In this document: positions 30,840 to 42,300 of the stretch, piece by piece | Position numbering within the stretch: the first letter of the stretch is position 1 | Layout: the number at the start of each line of letters is the position of its first letter | NCBI GenBank assembly: GCA_964343205.1 | Contig: CAYFID010000001.1 | Coordinates: forward strand, 10,835-74,834 | DNA from: an uncultured Candidatus Poseidoniales archaeon | GTDB taxonomy: Archaea; Thermoplasmatota; Poseidoniia; Poseidoniales; Thalassarchaeaceae | Reading direction: 5' to 3' | DNA length: 64,000 bases | Made by a program: the position numbers and the translations under genes | Notes under the pieces: model-generated | What the model was told of the DNA's origin: nothing | Database searches by the model: none | The model's input: only the letters and a program-made list of their open reading frames with translations

Positions 30840-32840
30840 ATGTCGCACGAAGGGGAGGTCAACGCGGATCTTTTCTTCGCACATGATTCCCCCAGAGAAT
30901 CACAAAGAGAGATGATATCGGATGGAATTGAGGCATTGAAGTGCGGTGGTTTCCTTCTTGCAGCGGCCCCTACCGGGATTGGGAAGACGGCTGCTGCACT
31001 AGCATCATCTATAGCAGTAGCAAAATTGTATTCAACTAGTCCCGAGACACCAAAGATTCTATTCCTGACGGGCAGACAATCCCAGCACAGAATTGTCGTT
31101 GACACAATTCGGGAAATAAACAAGAGACTTCCCCCGGGATTCTCCAAGTTAAAATTGGTTGATATTATTGGTCGGAAGAGCATGTGCAAGAATGTTGATG
31201 CAGTTGGGAAATGCCAATGTGAGGAAGGAGTCACAGAATCCGAGAGAAGGTTCCTTAGATCCGACTTGGGGGCATATATTCATTCAGAACCTATGCATGT
31301 TGACCAAGTACTGAAAAGAGTGGAGAAGCAAGATGTTTGTGCATGGGCAACTGCAAGAGAAGCAGCGAGATTAACAGATGTGATTGTCTGCGACTACAAT
31401 CATGTTTTCGTAGAGGGAGTTAGGGATGCGTCTCTACCGGCTATGGGAGTAGATTTGGGTAATTCGATAATTATCGTTGACGAGGCTCACAACCTCCCAG
31501 ATAGAATCAGGGGGGGTCTAGAAAGGAGGATTACGGACCAAGTCTTTAGAAGGGCTCTAGATGATATTGAAGAATACAAAGGTCACATGCAAAAAAGAGA
31601 GGATGACCTAGATATCCCCGAGTCGAATAAGCTTAGAGAAGCAAAATCCCTAGAGAAGCAAATCGGTGCTCTTCGAGAAGATTCGGGGATAAAAAATTGG
31701 TTTGAGGAAAAGAAGTCTGAAAACGAGCGAAGCAAAGGTGACGATGTAAGAGTAACAACTCAAGAGTTCATTGATGTCGTGTCAAATGCAATTGAAGGGG
31801 TTCTAGATGAAGATGCCAATGATGGAATTTCCAGAATCAAGATGATGATCACACGTTTATTGGCCGTGATAATCGAAGAAGAGGAAGATTCTGATGATGA
31901 AGAGCAAAATGACTGCACTAGACTGGCAGAGATTCTGGAGATATGCATTAGATATCGAAACAGTCCGGCATTGGCTCTAGTTTTTGATGAAAAAATGAGT
32001 GAGCCGAGAGTGACGAGTCATCTACTGGACCCGAGCGTAGTGGGCGAGTCAATCTTTGAACAGAGTCTTGGATCGATTCTGATGTCAGGAACTCTCTTCC
32101 CGCCTGAGATGTTCTCTAATGTTCTAGGGGTTCCAAGCGTTCGAGCCAAATGTAAGGAGTACTCATCGGGTTTCCCTCTGAGCAATAGACCAGTGCTGAT
32201 TGCAAGTGATGTTACCACCAAGTATACAGAACGAGAGAAAAGTATGGAGTCGATATTTGCCCATATCAAATCTGTGATAGACAATACAAAGGGGAATGTG
32301 GCAATCTTTGCTCCAAGTTATTCGATGCTCGACAGGATTCATGACCACTTCGATGATAGTTGGATTCCGAAAACTATCCTAAAGGAGGAGCAAGGAATGA
32401 ATAAAAGGGGAGTCCAGGGTTTAGTGGAGAGGCTCCATGAGCAAAAGGACATGGGGGGGGCAGCACTCTTCGGTGTCCTAAGTGGGAAGTTATCCGAGGG
32501 GGTTGACTACTCAGACAATGTCCTCAATGCCCTGGTCTGCGTCGGACTCCCAATGCCACCTCCTAGCGCAAGGCAGGATGCTTTGTTTGAGTACTATACG
32601 AAAAAATTCAACAGGAGCAGAGCATGGAAGTATGCTAGTCTACAACCTGCAGTAAACAGCGTTTTGCAAGCCCTTGGTAGGCCAATAAGGAAGAAGGAAG
32701 ATAGGGCGATTATAATTCTCCTCGAGAAGAGGATGCTAGGGCGAAGAGAAAGCGATTGCATGCCGAAGATGCATAAGATGCAGACCTCAAACCCTTCAAG
32801 AACGGGGGAGCGAGTGAAGGCATTCTTCGAGATTTCGTGA
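30840..32840 (+). CDS. XPD/Rad3-family ATP-dependent DNA helicase (DinG-like) with an FeS-cluster domain
   Basis: Walker A AAPTGIGKTAAAL, DEAH box IIVDEAHNL, and four Cys (CKNVDAVGKCQCEEG...C...C) between motifs I and II as in XPD. Confidence 0.85.
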   Translation: MSHEGEVNADLFFAHDSPRESQREMISDGIEALKCGGFLLAAAPTGIGKTAAALASSIAVAKLYSTSPETPKILFLTGRQSQHRIVVDTIREINKRLPPGFSKLKLVDIIGRKSMCKNVDAVGKCQCEEGVTESERRFLRSDLGAYIHSEPMHVDQVLKRVEKQDVCAWATAREAARLTDVIVCDYNHVFVEGVRDASLPAMGVDLGNSIIIVDEAHNLPDRIRGGLERRITDQVFRRALDDIEEYKGHMQKREDDLDIPESNKLREAKSLEKQIGALREDSGIKNWFEEKKSENERSKGDDVRVTTQEFIDVVSNAIEGVLDEDANDGISRIKMMITRLLAVIIEEEEDSDDEEQNDCTRLAEILEICIRYRNSPALALVFDEKMSEPRVTSHLLDPSVVGESIFEQSLGSILMSGTLFPPEMFSNVLGVPSVRAKCKEYSSGFPLSNRPVLIASDVTTKYTEREKSMESIFAHIKSVIDNTKGNVAIFAPSYSMLDRIHDHFDDSWIPKTILKEEQGMNKRGVQGLVERLHEQKDMGGAALFGVLSGKLSEGVDYSDNVLNALVCVGLPMPPPSARQDALFEYYTKKFNRSRAWKYASLQPAVNSVLQALGRPIRKKEDRAIIILLEKRMLGRRESDCMPKMHKMQTSNPSRTGERVKAFFEIS

Positions 32841-32879
32841 GCAATGGGTTCATGCGAGTCGGGGAGTTGGGGTGTTCCC

Positions 32880-33335
32880 ATGGAGTGGACCAGGGTTAAC
32901 GTTCAATCGGACGACGATTCCGTTGAAGGTACCCTTGATTTTGAAGATCTGAAAATAGGGCTTGACACTAATGCTGAGTCAATGCACGAGTCATTTCTCA
33001 AGGGCTTGCCCCACCTTTCAGAAGTCCAAGAAAGACACAGTGGCGTGGTGTCAGATATAGAGTCGCGGGCACTAAGTACAACAGTCTCGTCATTGGGCGA
33101 CTTCCTCTCAGAATTCGGAGGAGAATGGAGCGAGTCAGAAATCAGGATTCCATTACAAGTGGAAATGAGGGCAGACGTTGTAGTGGATGCCAAGGAATAT
33201 CATGGGAGTCAAGTGGTTCGAATTATTTCTCCAGAGAGGTTTGGGGGCATGTTCAGGTCCTTCCATCTGCCTGAGGGCAGGAATATCCTGGGGGCGTCCT
33301 GGGAAGGGGAGATTCTCTCCATCAAGATAGGTTAA
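32880..33335 (+). CDS. Small heat-shock protein (Hsp20 / alpha-crystallin family)
   Basis: The C-terminal FRSFHLPEGRNILGASWEGEILSIKI matches the Hsp20 F.R.F.LP....I.A...dGvL.I pattern; start uncertain (32844 or 32880). Confidence 0.55.
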   Translation: MEWTRVNVQSDDDSVEGTLDFEDLKIGLDTNAESMHESFLKGLPHLSEVQERHSGVVSDIESRALSTTVSSLGDFLSEFGGEWSESEIRIPLQVEMRADVVVDAKEYHGSQVVRIISPERFGGMFRSFHLPEGRNILGASWEGEILSIKIG

Positions 33336-36300
33336 TCACTCGTCTGACTCGAGTTGCAAGGGGCCTCTAGTAGGCATTTCCTGAATTGCTTCTATCTCCT
33401 GAATTACTGAAGAGAGGGCCAGCTGTGCGTTGTCCCTGTGTGAGTCCCCAAGGACGTGACTAGAGTATCGGGCCTCTTCGAATATTCTGTCTAAGGAAAT
33501 CAGAGAAGCCTCGCTGATAGGGAGTGCTTGCCTGATTGCGGATTCGAACTCTCTGACCGTTTCGAAATTGCGGCGCAAGAAGCTCCTTCTCATCAACACC
33601 GAACAAAGATTCTGGTAGCACAGGAAAATCGCCTTCCTGTACTCATCTCCGGAGGCCAGCATCTCGGCGGTCTGACTGAATACGCTGGCAAGTTCCTTAA
33701 TAGCGGATTTCCTCCTTGTATTCACCAGCATGGCGCCGATGGACAAAGCCGCAGCAGCAGCCAGTAGAGCTCCAATTGCAACCGTAGCGGATCCGAAGAG
33801 AGATCCCGAATCTTGCTCCTCGTAATCTATCTGTACCCCTCCAGTTGGCAACACGGCTAGGCTTCCAGGGTCGATGTATTCAGAGTCGGACCCAATCATC
33901 ACGCTGAGCCTGCCCCATGAAGACAGGTCTGATAGTGGGGGCATGGGTGCTAGAGACTTGAACTCGTAATCGAACACCCCCTCTGAGCTCGTTAGCTTGG
34001 ACATTGAGAAGTGTGAGGTGCTTCCATTCAGAAGAATCGCCGTCATGGACAAGCCCTCCATGGGCTCCCCTGTGTCCTTTGCAGTTACGTTTACAGTCCC
34101 CCTAATCACCCTCTGTCCTATTGATAGTTCTAGATCCGATAGGACGAATTCAACCTCGACCAGAATCATGACATCTACGTCCTTCGATGCCCCGTTGAGG
34201 AATCTGTCCTGATCGGATTCCACCGCTATTGTAATCGTGTTTTCTCCCGGGTGCATGTATTCTTGGGCCTTTGCCCTGATTTGGAAGTTCATCGTGTTCG
34301 GGTTGTCCCATGGCCCCAAAGTAGTTGGAAGAGCTGAGTCACCCCACCACAGCGTCATAGTCAGATTTCCAAATATTGCAGAGTCGCCCCCGACTTCCCG
34401 TATCAGACCCTGAAGCATTATCGAACTCGAAGGTGAGGGATCTCCTCTTACGATCGTGTTGGTTATTGGCTGAATCTCGATTACTATGTCAGAAAGGGCA
34501 AAGACCGTGAGCACAGAGTCTGTTGGCAAGTAGAGGAACTCGCCGCCATATTGGAAGGTGACATTGTGGGACCCGCGACTGAGGGAGTACTGGACTCGTT
34601 GGGAATAAGAAAACAGTCCCCCGGCCTCAGTGATTACAGTTTCCACAATTGAGCCATCTAACAGCACCAAGACCTCCCTGCCGTCCAAGCCCTGTTCGAA
34701 TCCGGTGTCCGATTCGAACAAGCGTCCGGTGAAGTTCCACTCCCCCCCTCTGGTGGCGTACACTTCCTCGACTTGTAAAGAAATAGACGTGTGGTATGAT
34801 ACGGTGAATGATGATTCAGTGCTACCCTGTCTGTAGAAACCCTGGGCTGGAGAGACTGCAGAAACTGAGTGATTACCGATTTCCATGGACTCGGGCAAGG
34901 TCCAGTTTAATGACCAAGTTCCATTGTCTACAGAGCTGGCCATTCCCACAAGCAGCCCGTCCACGAAAACCTCGATTGTATGGCTGCCTAGCCAGCCATC
35001 CTCTAGATTGTCCTTTACCCTGCCCGAGATCGTAAGAGTATCGCCAACTGCTACTGGGTGGGGTTCTTCAATTGTAACGAAAACCGGGGAAAATACGGTA
35101 AATACTACTGAGGAGTTTGAAGGAAGAACGAATTGCTCTCCTTCGTATGACACCTCAATAAGTAGAGGGCCTAGGTGCATGTCTGGAGAGATCGGTACAA
35201 AGGCAGTGAAGGAGCCGTTACCAGCTACTGACAAGGATGTTAGTTCCTCTCCGTTAATTGTCAGCACTAGCTCCCTGTTGGGTAGGGCTCTACCGACCCC
35301 ATCTGTTAGCATACCCTCGATGAGGGCAACCTCTGATCTGTCTATCTCACCTGGAGGGGTGGAAATCACTATTTGTGAAGTCTGGGTGACATTGAATCCC
35401 ACGGAATCAGATGAGCCAATGTAGTACTCTGGGTTGATTGAGTCCCCTTGGCCCATTGGGTCGACCCATGAGAAACCCCCTAGGAACTCGACTCTAGCAG
35501 TGTGCAAACCGAATTCCATGTCCGCGGGAATCTGGAATGTTATCGACCACTGGCCAGTGGTTGCGTTGGAGACAGTCGTGTATGAAGGACCAACATCTAT
35601 ACCGTCAATATACAGGTGGATAAGCCCCCCGAGTGGGTTCCCGTCATCCTTCAGTGGCTGTCCTCTCTCGTCCATTAGCGAGCCAATGAGTGTTACTGAA
35701 TCCCCGGCAATTGACGGAGAGGACGCCTCCTTCAATGTCAAGACGGTGGGGGCCAAAACGATTACGCGAGTCCATGTCTCGTCACCAAGGAGTCCAATTG
35801 ATCCATTTATCCCAGAGAATGTGGCGTTGACCACCATTGGACCGGGATCCCGGTCATCCCTAACTACGATGGAGGCAGATGCGAGCCCATCAGAATCCGT
35901 GATGCCCCCCCATACAGTGACGTTGTCAATCTTGACGATTAGGGTAGCGGATTGGAGAGGGGTTCCTGAGTTGTCAATTATTGAGAGATTTATGTCAAAA
36001 GATTCCCCTCTTAACGTTCTGCTGTCCGAGTCTAAATCGTCGGGGCTCTCGATTGTTAAGAATGAGTATCCTCTGCTGTCGAATGTAGAAAATCCTGAGG
36101 CAGAGGTGAAGTAAGTTACCTGAGGGGTGAAGTCTACTTCGATAGAATGAGGGCCTCTGGGGAAAGAAAGTTCCAGTCTGATTTGGGCTATCCAGGTCCC
36201 ATCAGATTGGAATGAGACTTGAGGGACGGTGAATGTGTCTGTTTCGCCATCTATCGTAAATGTCAGAGTTGGGTTAAGTGCGTTTCCTGTTCTGTCCGTA

Positions 36301-39300
36301 AGCCCGCTTCCGTTGCTAGATGTGAGTGAGCCTGAGACATTGAAGAACTCGCCCGGGAGGGGGTTAGCAGTAATTTGGTCAATGGCCATGCTAGTGGATG
36401 ATCGTACTGTGATGGTGTTGAGGACCTGTACTGCTGGGTTCAGGTCTTCTGACCCGTTGAATACGAATGTGATATTAACCAAGCCAAGTGGGTGGTTATG
36501 GGGAATATCGAACTCGAAAGCGACGCTGCCGTCGGCAGCGGTTACATCGGGATCTAACCAGGTTTGGTGGAATCTGGCATGGATAGTCAGCCCCGACAAT
36601 GGTGCTTCATTATTACTGAACTCAACTAGTCGGGTCGTAATTGTGGCTGTTTCTCCTCTGTTGACTATTGTGTTGATGAATGGGTTTGAATCTACGAATT
36701 GTGAGACACCCATTACTAGGATCGAGGCGTCTCCCGTACCGGTGAGGTAGAATGGAGTCGAGTCGTTAACTACGCTTACGATTACGGTCCTGTCACCTCT
36801 TAGAACGCCATTTCCTAGGGTGTCTGTGGGGACTGTTACGTTGAAGGATCCAGTAGCATTTGTCGTGTAATTTTCAATCAACAACTCGCCGGGCTCGTCG
36901 AGGAAGAATACGTTGATTCCGACAGGGCCCTCGATCGATCTGTTCGAATCCACGGAGTCAAGAACTGTCCCTTCGATGATAAATGGCTGAAGAGCGGTGA
37001 CCTGCGAAGGTATTGAGGTGATATCTACAGAACTGTCTACTTGCACAGTAAGATTGACGATGCTCTCATTTCCAATCCACCTTCCTGCTCCGGCAGTGGT
37101 TAGGTTATCAGTGAGGTCGTCTGGGGCGTGGACCCTTACATCGTAGAAACCAGGAGGGGTGGAGGCGGGGACTACTGGATTGAAGGAAAATCGCCCTGCA
37201 GAGTCGGTGGTCCCACTCTGCAGTAGCTGCTGCAGAGGCCCCCCCCAATCGAAATATAGATCCAGCGATACGCCAGAGATGGTTTCTGTGGCGTCTTCAA
37301 TGTCAGTCACTGTGGATTCCACAATTAGCTGCTCTCCGGCAACTAGGATGATTGACTGAGGGGTTGACTCGACAACGAATTCAGTCTGTATGCCAATCTG
37401 GATAACTGACGAATCACCTGCATTGTAGTATGAGTCTCCTTGAGGAGGATTTACAGAGAAATCTAGCCTGATTTCTAGGTCATAGACACCAGAGGAAATC
37501 CCAGAGGGGATTTCGAAGGAAAGGTTGTAGGCACCGTTTGAAGTGTCTAACCATCCCGATGCAAGAGTGTATACAGTTGGCGAGGCTGGGAAGCCCCCGG
37601 GGGTATTGGGGAGTTCGGACGGAACATTAAGCAGAGCCGTAACGGAGGAGTTGTTGCCAATCACTTGGGTTATCAGAACCATGTCCATTGCAAATCCAGA
37701 AACCCAATTCGTCGACCCGCGTGCCGTCCACTCCTCACCTAACGTAGCTGAGGCGTTAGCAAGGCCTTTGACTCGCACTATCTCCGAGGTCGAGTTCGGA
37801 CTTAGCCATGTGGAGCCACCGTAACTTAGCTCCCATGCATAGTCCCCGGGGTCCATGTCCAACTCTGGAGTGAAGCTTGTAGTAATCCTCCCAGAATCGG
37901 GGTCGGTTTGGTTCCAAACAGAATCGCCAGCGAAGTCTAGGTTGAAATCACCCTCGAAGGAAGCGAATGATGACCCGGTGTGGTCGGTGAGGAAAACGTC
38001 GGTATTGTGCTCTCTTCCCCTAATGGCCGGAGGTAGTGTATAATCGAAAACCACAAAGCTGCGAATTCCGAATATGTCACTAAACTGTTCTTGGTCGTTA
38101 GCATTAAGATCATCTGCATCGAACTGGAACCGAACTTCTACGGGTCCTGCTGGTAGAGGAACATCCGAGGATCCAAATAGCCAAGAAATCGAGAATTCCC
38201 CTGGTGATGACCCCCATGAAGAACTATTCAGATACCATGAAGAAAGCTGTTCGAAGGGTCCGGAAATATCTGATCTTCTCATCTCCAGAAATAGAGTGCC
38301 ATTTAGGGGCGTTGGAGATGGGCCGCGACTTAGCACTGTACCGTTTAGGAATATGTTACTATCGATCTCTAGGATCGAGTTATTTGTGCCCTCTGCCTCA
38401 AGAACTACGGATAGATTAGGAGATAGTGTGATGTTGAACTGGAAGGGGAAGGATCCGGGCCTAGCATGGTATTCAGGGGGAGTCGCATTATTTTGGTCAC
38501 TCGAGTGCCAGCCAAGGAATGAGATAGCTGCGCCAATTAGGCCTAGTGGTTCGGACTCATCGATTGGAACAGAGAATTCGTAGAACCCTCCGCCGGATAC
38601 ATCAGAAACAAGAGTTACCTCCCCATCTACTGAAGATGAAAAATTGAGGACAACCTGAAGATTGTCTACGATTGAGGGGTCTAGATTTGGGGAGCTAGAC
38701 CATGACAACTGTCCTGAGACGGTGGTGTTTACTCCAATCCCCAGCATTGGTTCGGTGATTGGAGATGGCTCATTAATTGAAATTGATACATCGTCCGACA
38801 CATTAAGCACCCATGGCAATGAAGAAAAGGTTGAGAAATCCAAGTAGCCAGTAATTCCTTGTGTCCCGACATAGCCCTTTTCTGAGGTAAGTATTACGAG
38901 AGATCCTAGTCCGGGCTGAATTACCTGTTCTGGAAGGCCGGTAAGATTGAAGGAGCCGTTGGAATCAGTTACCGCCGTGGCCACGATGTGCTCCTGAACC
39001 GCAGCTCTCCCGGGTATCTCTTCAGATAACTCTGGATCGACTAAATACAGGGTTACGGAGATATTGTTGGCAGCAGAGAGGTTGTCCAAGAAGACTAGGG
39101 TCCCATTTATCCAAATATGGTCGGAGATGGTGGTATTCCTCTCTACTGAATCTGGCCCCCAGGAATCCAGGGTCACGGATACCTGGGAAGCTGGAGGGCA
39201 GGCTTCGAATGGGAGCCACCCCAAATCAAGTTCCCCTTGGTTCTGATTTGTCTGCAAATGTACTTCTGCCCATCTAGTGAAATCCTTTCCGTAGACCTGG

Positions 39301-42300
39301 ATTCCCTTGCCGTCCCAAGTTCCCCCGGAAAATCCTGTTACCTTCCTAGCAGGGATCCCGGCAACCCTAAGCATTGTGACGAATACAGTGGTGAATTCGT
39401 CGCAACTTCCCTGATGGGACGAATTCAAGATCCAGTGGGTCACGTCGCTTGTGTTCCAATGCCCGTCTGCTCTACCAGAGCCATCGTGGTTCCTTAGGAA
39501 AGTAATGGTTTCATTACCATTAATCAGAAAGTCCTGGATTGCAATGACCTTGTCCCATGCCGAAATTGCTCCAGACTGGTCCAATACACTTTGTGTTAGA
39601 TTAGAAACAAATTCACTATTGTCGAGGAAGTCCTGGGGAAGGTCAAGTCCATATTCTGATCCAGAGAAGGATGTGCTATTATCCCTAATCTCTGTTCCAA
39701 GAATTACTTCTGGGGCATTCACGTAGAGAGCCTCAATGACAGCATTGTCCACAATTACATCTCTCGTAAAATTGGAGAAGTTTAGACCCGCGGAAAGGTC
39801 AATCCAAGTCGTATAGTTTACAACGTTGTGGGGTTGAATCAATTCTTGTCCTGGCCCAATGTAACCTGCCTCGTCAAATGTTATCTCCCATGAAAGTGGC
39901 CCGGAGTGGTTCCAAAACGACTGATCTGCCACGTCCTCGTCTGCAGAGAAATCGGGGATAATCTGCGAATTGCCGAATAGACTACTGTTTACCCCCCATG
40001 AGACTCCTGTGTAATAATCGTAGGTATGCCATCTCCAGTAGTGAACTATGGAAGGATCTAACCCCTCTGAAGTGTTTGTGGCTGTAAACATAAGTGAGTT
40101 TTCCATGATGTCGTCTAGTGGGTCAAAGGGGTCCCCAGGAGAGCCTACGCATTCGAGAATCCAGAAATCAGGGGGGCACTCTTCCCCATCTGGGACACCA
40201 CCTCCGTCTGTATCTGGGTCCCTCCAATCGGTTCCTAGCTCCTCTTCTATGGTGTCTGGGATACCGTCACCGTCTGTATCCAGGGGATTTATGTCATCAT
40301 CAGGATTGTCTTGGGGATTTGTTCCATCGATGTATTCCTGCCCATCTTCTACGCCTCCGTTATCGGTGTCAGCTACGTTCCACAATGTGAACCAAACGTC
40401 AATTGTAAAATTTCCACCGTCCCCACCCAATATTCCGAAAATCATTTCACATCCTGTGGTGTTCTCGAAGTAGTTGTTAAGCCCATCTCCATCAGTATCC
40501 AATAGGTTGTGGCACGGCTCCCTGGGATCTGTCAAATTGAGAACTTCGGAGAGATCGTCCATCCCGTCTCCGTCGGTATCGGCCAGACTAGGATCTGAGA
40601 GGAATCCCCAGGTTGCCATCTGTTCTTCCCAGTCTGCAAGGCCGTCTCCGTCGGTATCCTTGTAGTCGTCGTCGCACCAAGGGTCGTTAATAGCCCCGGA
40701 TGTTGCGTTCCAGCACCAGGAACCATTGATGAAAACGATAGTGTTTGAATTAGTAGGTGGGGGTGTGTCTACCCCCTCCATGAACACAGATTCCAATGAA
40801 GTGTAATTGAATGGAGTTCTAGTCCCATTAGGAGATATGTAGTAGGCATGCGGGGTGTTTCCCCTCCAGTCAACTGGGTCTGGGTCGATTCCAGTTGTAG
40901 AGTTGAGTGTGAGGGTGTCCCTACTAGCATCCCATTCTAAAATGAGGAATGTCAGCTCGAAGATTGATGTGCAAGGATCGGTCTGGCCCGGGAATCCCTC
41001 GTCCCCGTCACCGACGCCACCTCCGTCTGAATCTGAAACATTCCAAAGTGTGCAAGAATTATTCTCCTGCCAGTTCTGCAAACCGTCTCCGTCAAAGTCC
41101 CCTTCGTCGTTAATTCTGGTTGGATCGGTCTCTCCGGGATCTATGACCCCGTTTCCGTTCAAATCCTCTTCTCCGTCGTCCAAATGATCGCCGTCAGTAT
41201 TGTTGCTCCTTGGGTCAGACCCCTGAGGAGGGTCCCCATAGGTTCCATTGAACTCTATTCCATCGGGGATTCCGTCGGAGTCGGTGTCTGATGAGGTCGG
41301 GTCGGTAAGAAGTACTAGTGCTTCAAATGAGTCATTGAGCCCGTCTCCGTCTGTGTCATTATTTTGAGGATCGGTCTGGGTAATACCATCAACTTCTGCA
41401 GTGAAAATCAGGCAACCACCGGGTCCAAGGGACAATACAGGGTTGCAGGGTGACTCTGTGATTGTCATATTAATTGGGCCGGGTCGAAAGTACTGAGTGG
41501 GGGGGAAGGTGGAACCGTTCCTTGTCCCCCATGCTGGGTTAACATACTCGTATATGTTGGCTAGACCGTCAGAGTCTGGGTCTCCGAAGGTGCCATCCTG
41601 ATTAGAGTTCGAAGTTGGGTCCAAACCGTTTGCGGCCTCCCATCCATCAGGCATCCCGTCTCCATCGGTGTCCCATCCATTGGGGTCCTCGTCTTCTATC
41701 CCATCTCCATCGTCATCATTGGAGCTGCAGTCTGCATCTCCGTCGAAGTCACCGTCATCCGAGTCCACCATCCCATCGTGGTCATTGTCAAATGAATCGG
41801 AGCAAATGTTCCCCATCGGGTCCTCATCTGCCCCATCAGAGCCAGACCCTTGGATGACTTGCATTGCACTCTCTTCGTCCCAATCAGATACTGGTACTGT
41901 TCCGTTCCACCAAACACCATTATCGAGGACGTTGGCTGTGGATGGTTCATCCCAACCAACCGGAATTCCAAATAGATACTCGTTCAAGTTAGTAAGACCA
42001 TCAGAGTCGGGGTCTCCAGTTGAGCCGTTATTTCCGGAGGATGATAGGGGGTCTAACCCATATTGCCATTCCCACCCATCTGGAAGGCCATCGTTGTCGG
42101 AATCCCAATCCTGAGGTTGAGTGTTGATTAGGAATTCAATACCATATGGCAATCCGTCTGCATCTTGGTCGTTGGTAGTAGCAGAAGCCTCGAAGATTCC
42201 CACTTGCATGCCAGCGATTCCAGAGGAAAGTAGGAAGAATGAGAATACTATCGCTGAACCTTTCTTTTTGGTAATTTCCGACCCTTCGTAATTACTCATT

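Noticed and set aside
30647-31234. 195-aa minus-strand ORF overlapping the 5-prime end of the XPD helicase gene, and the 212-aa ORF at 22371..23009 overlapping the CarS-like gene and its divergent neighbour
   Set aside because: They overlap well-supported genes with strong motifs; no domain signatures; probably spurious.
40000-42200. Possible DNA-level tandem repeats or a CRISPR-like array suggested by the recurring DTDGDG-encoding segments
   Set aside because: The repetition is at the protein-motif level with degenerate codons and variable spacing, inside a continuous ORF. There are no identical direct repeats with unique spacers, so this is not a CRISPR array or satellite.
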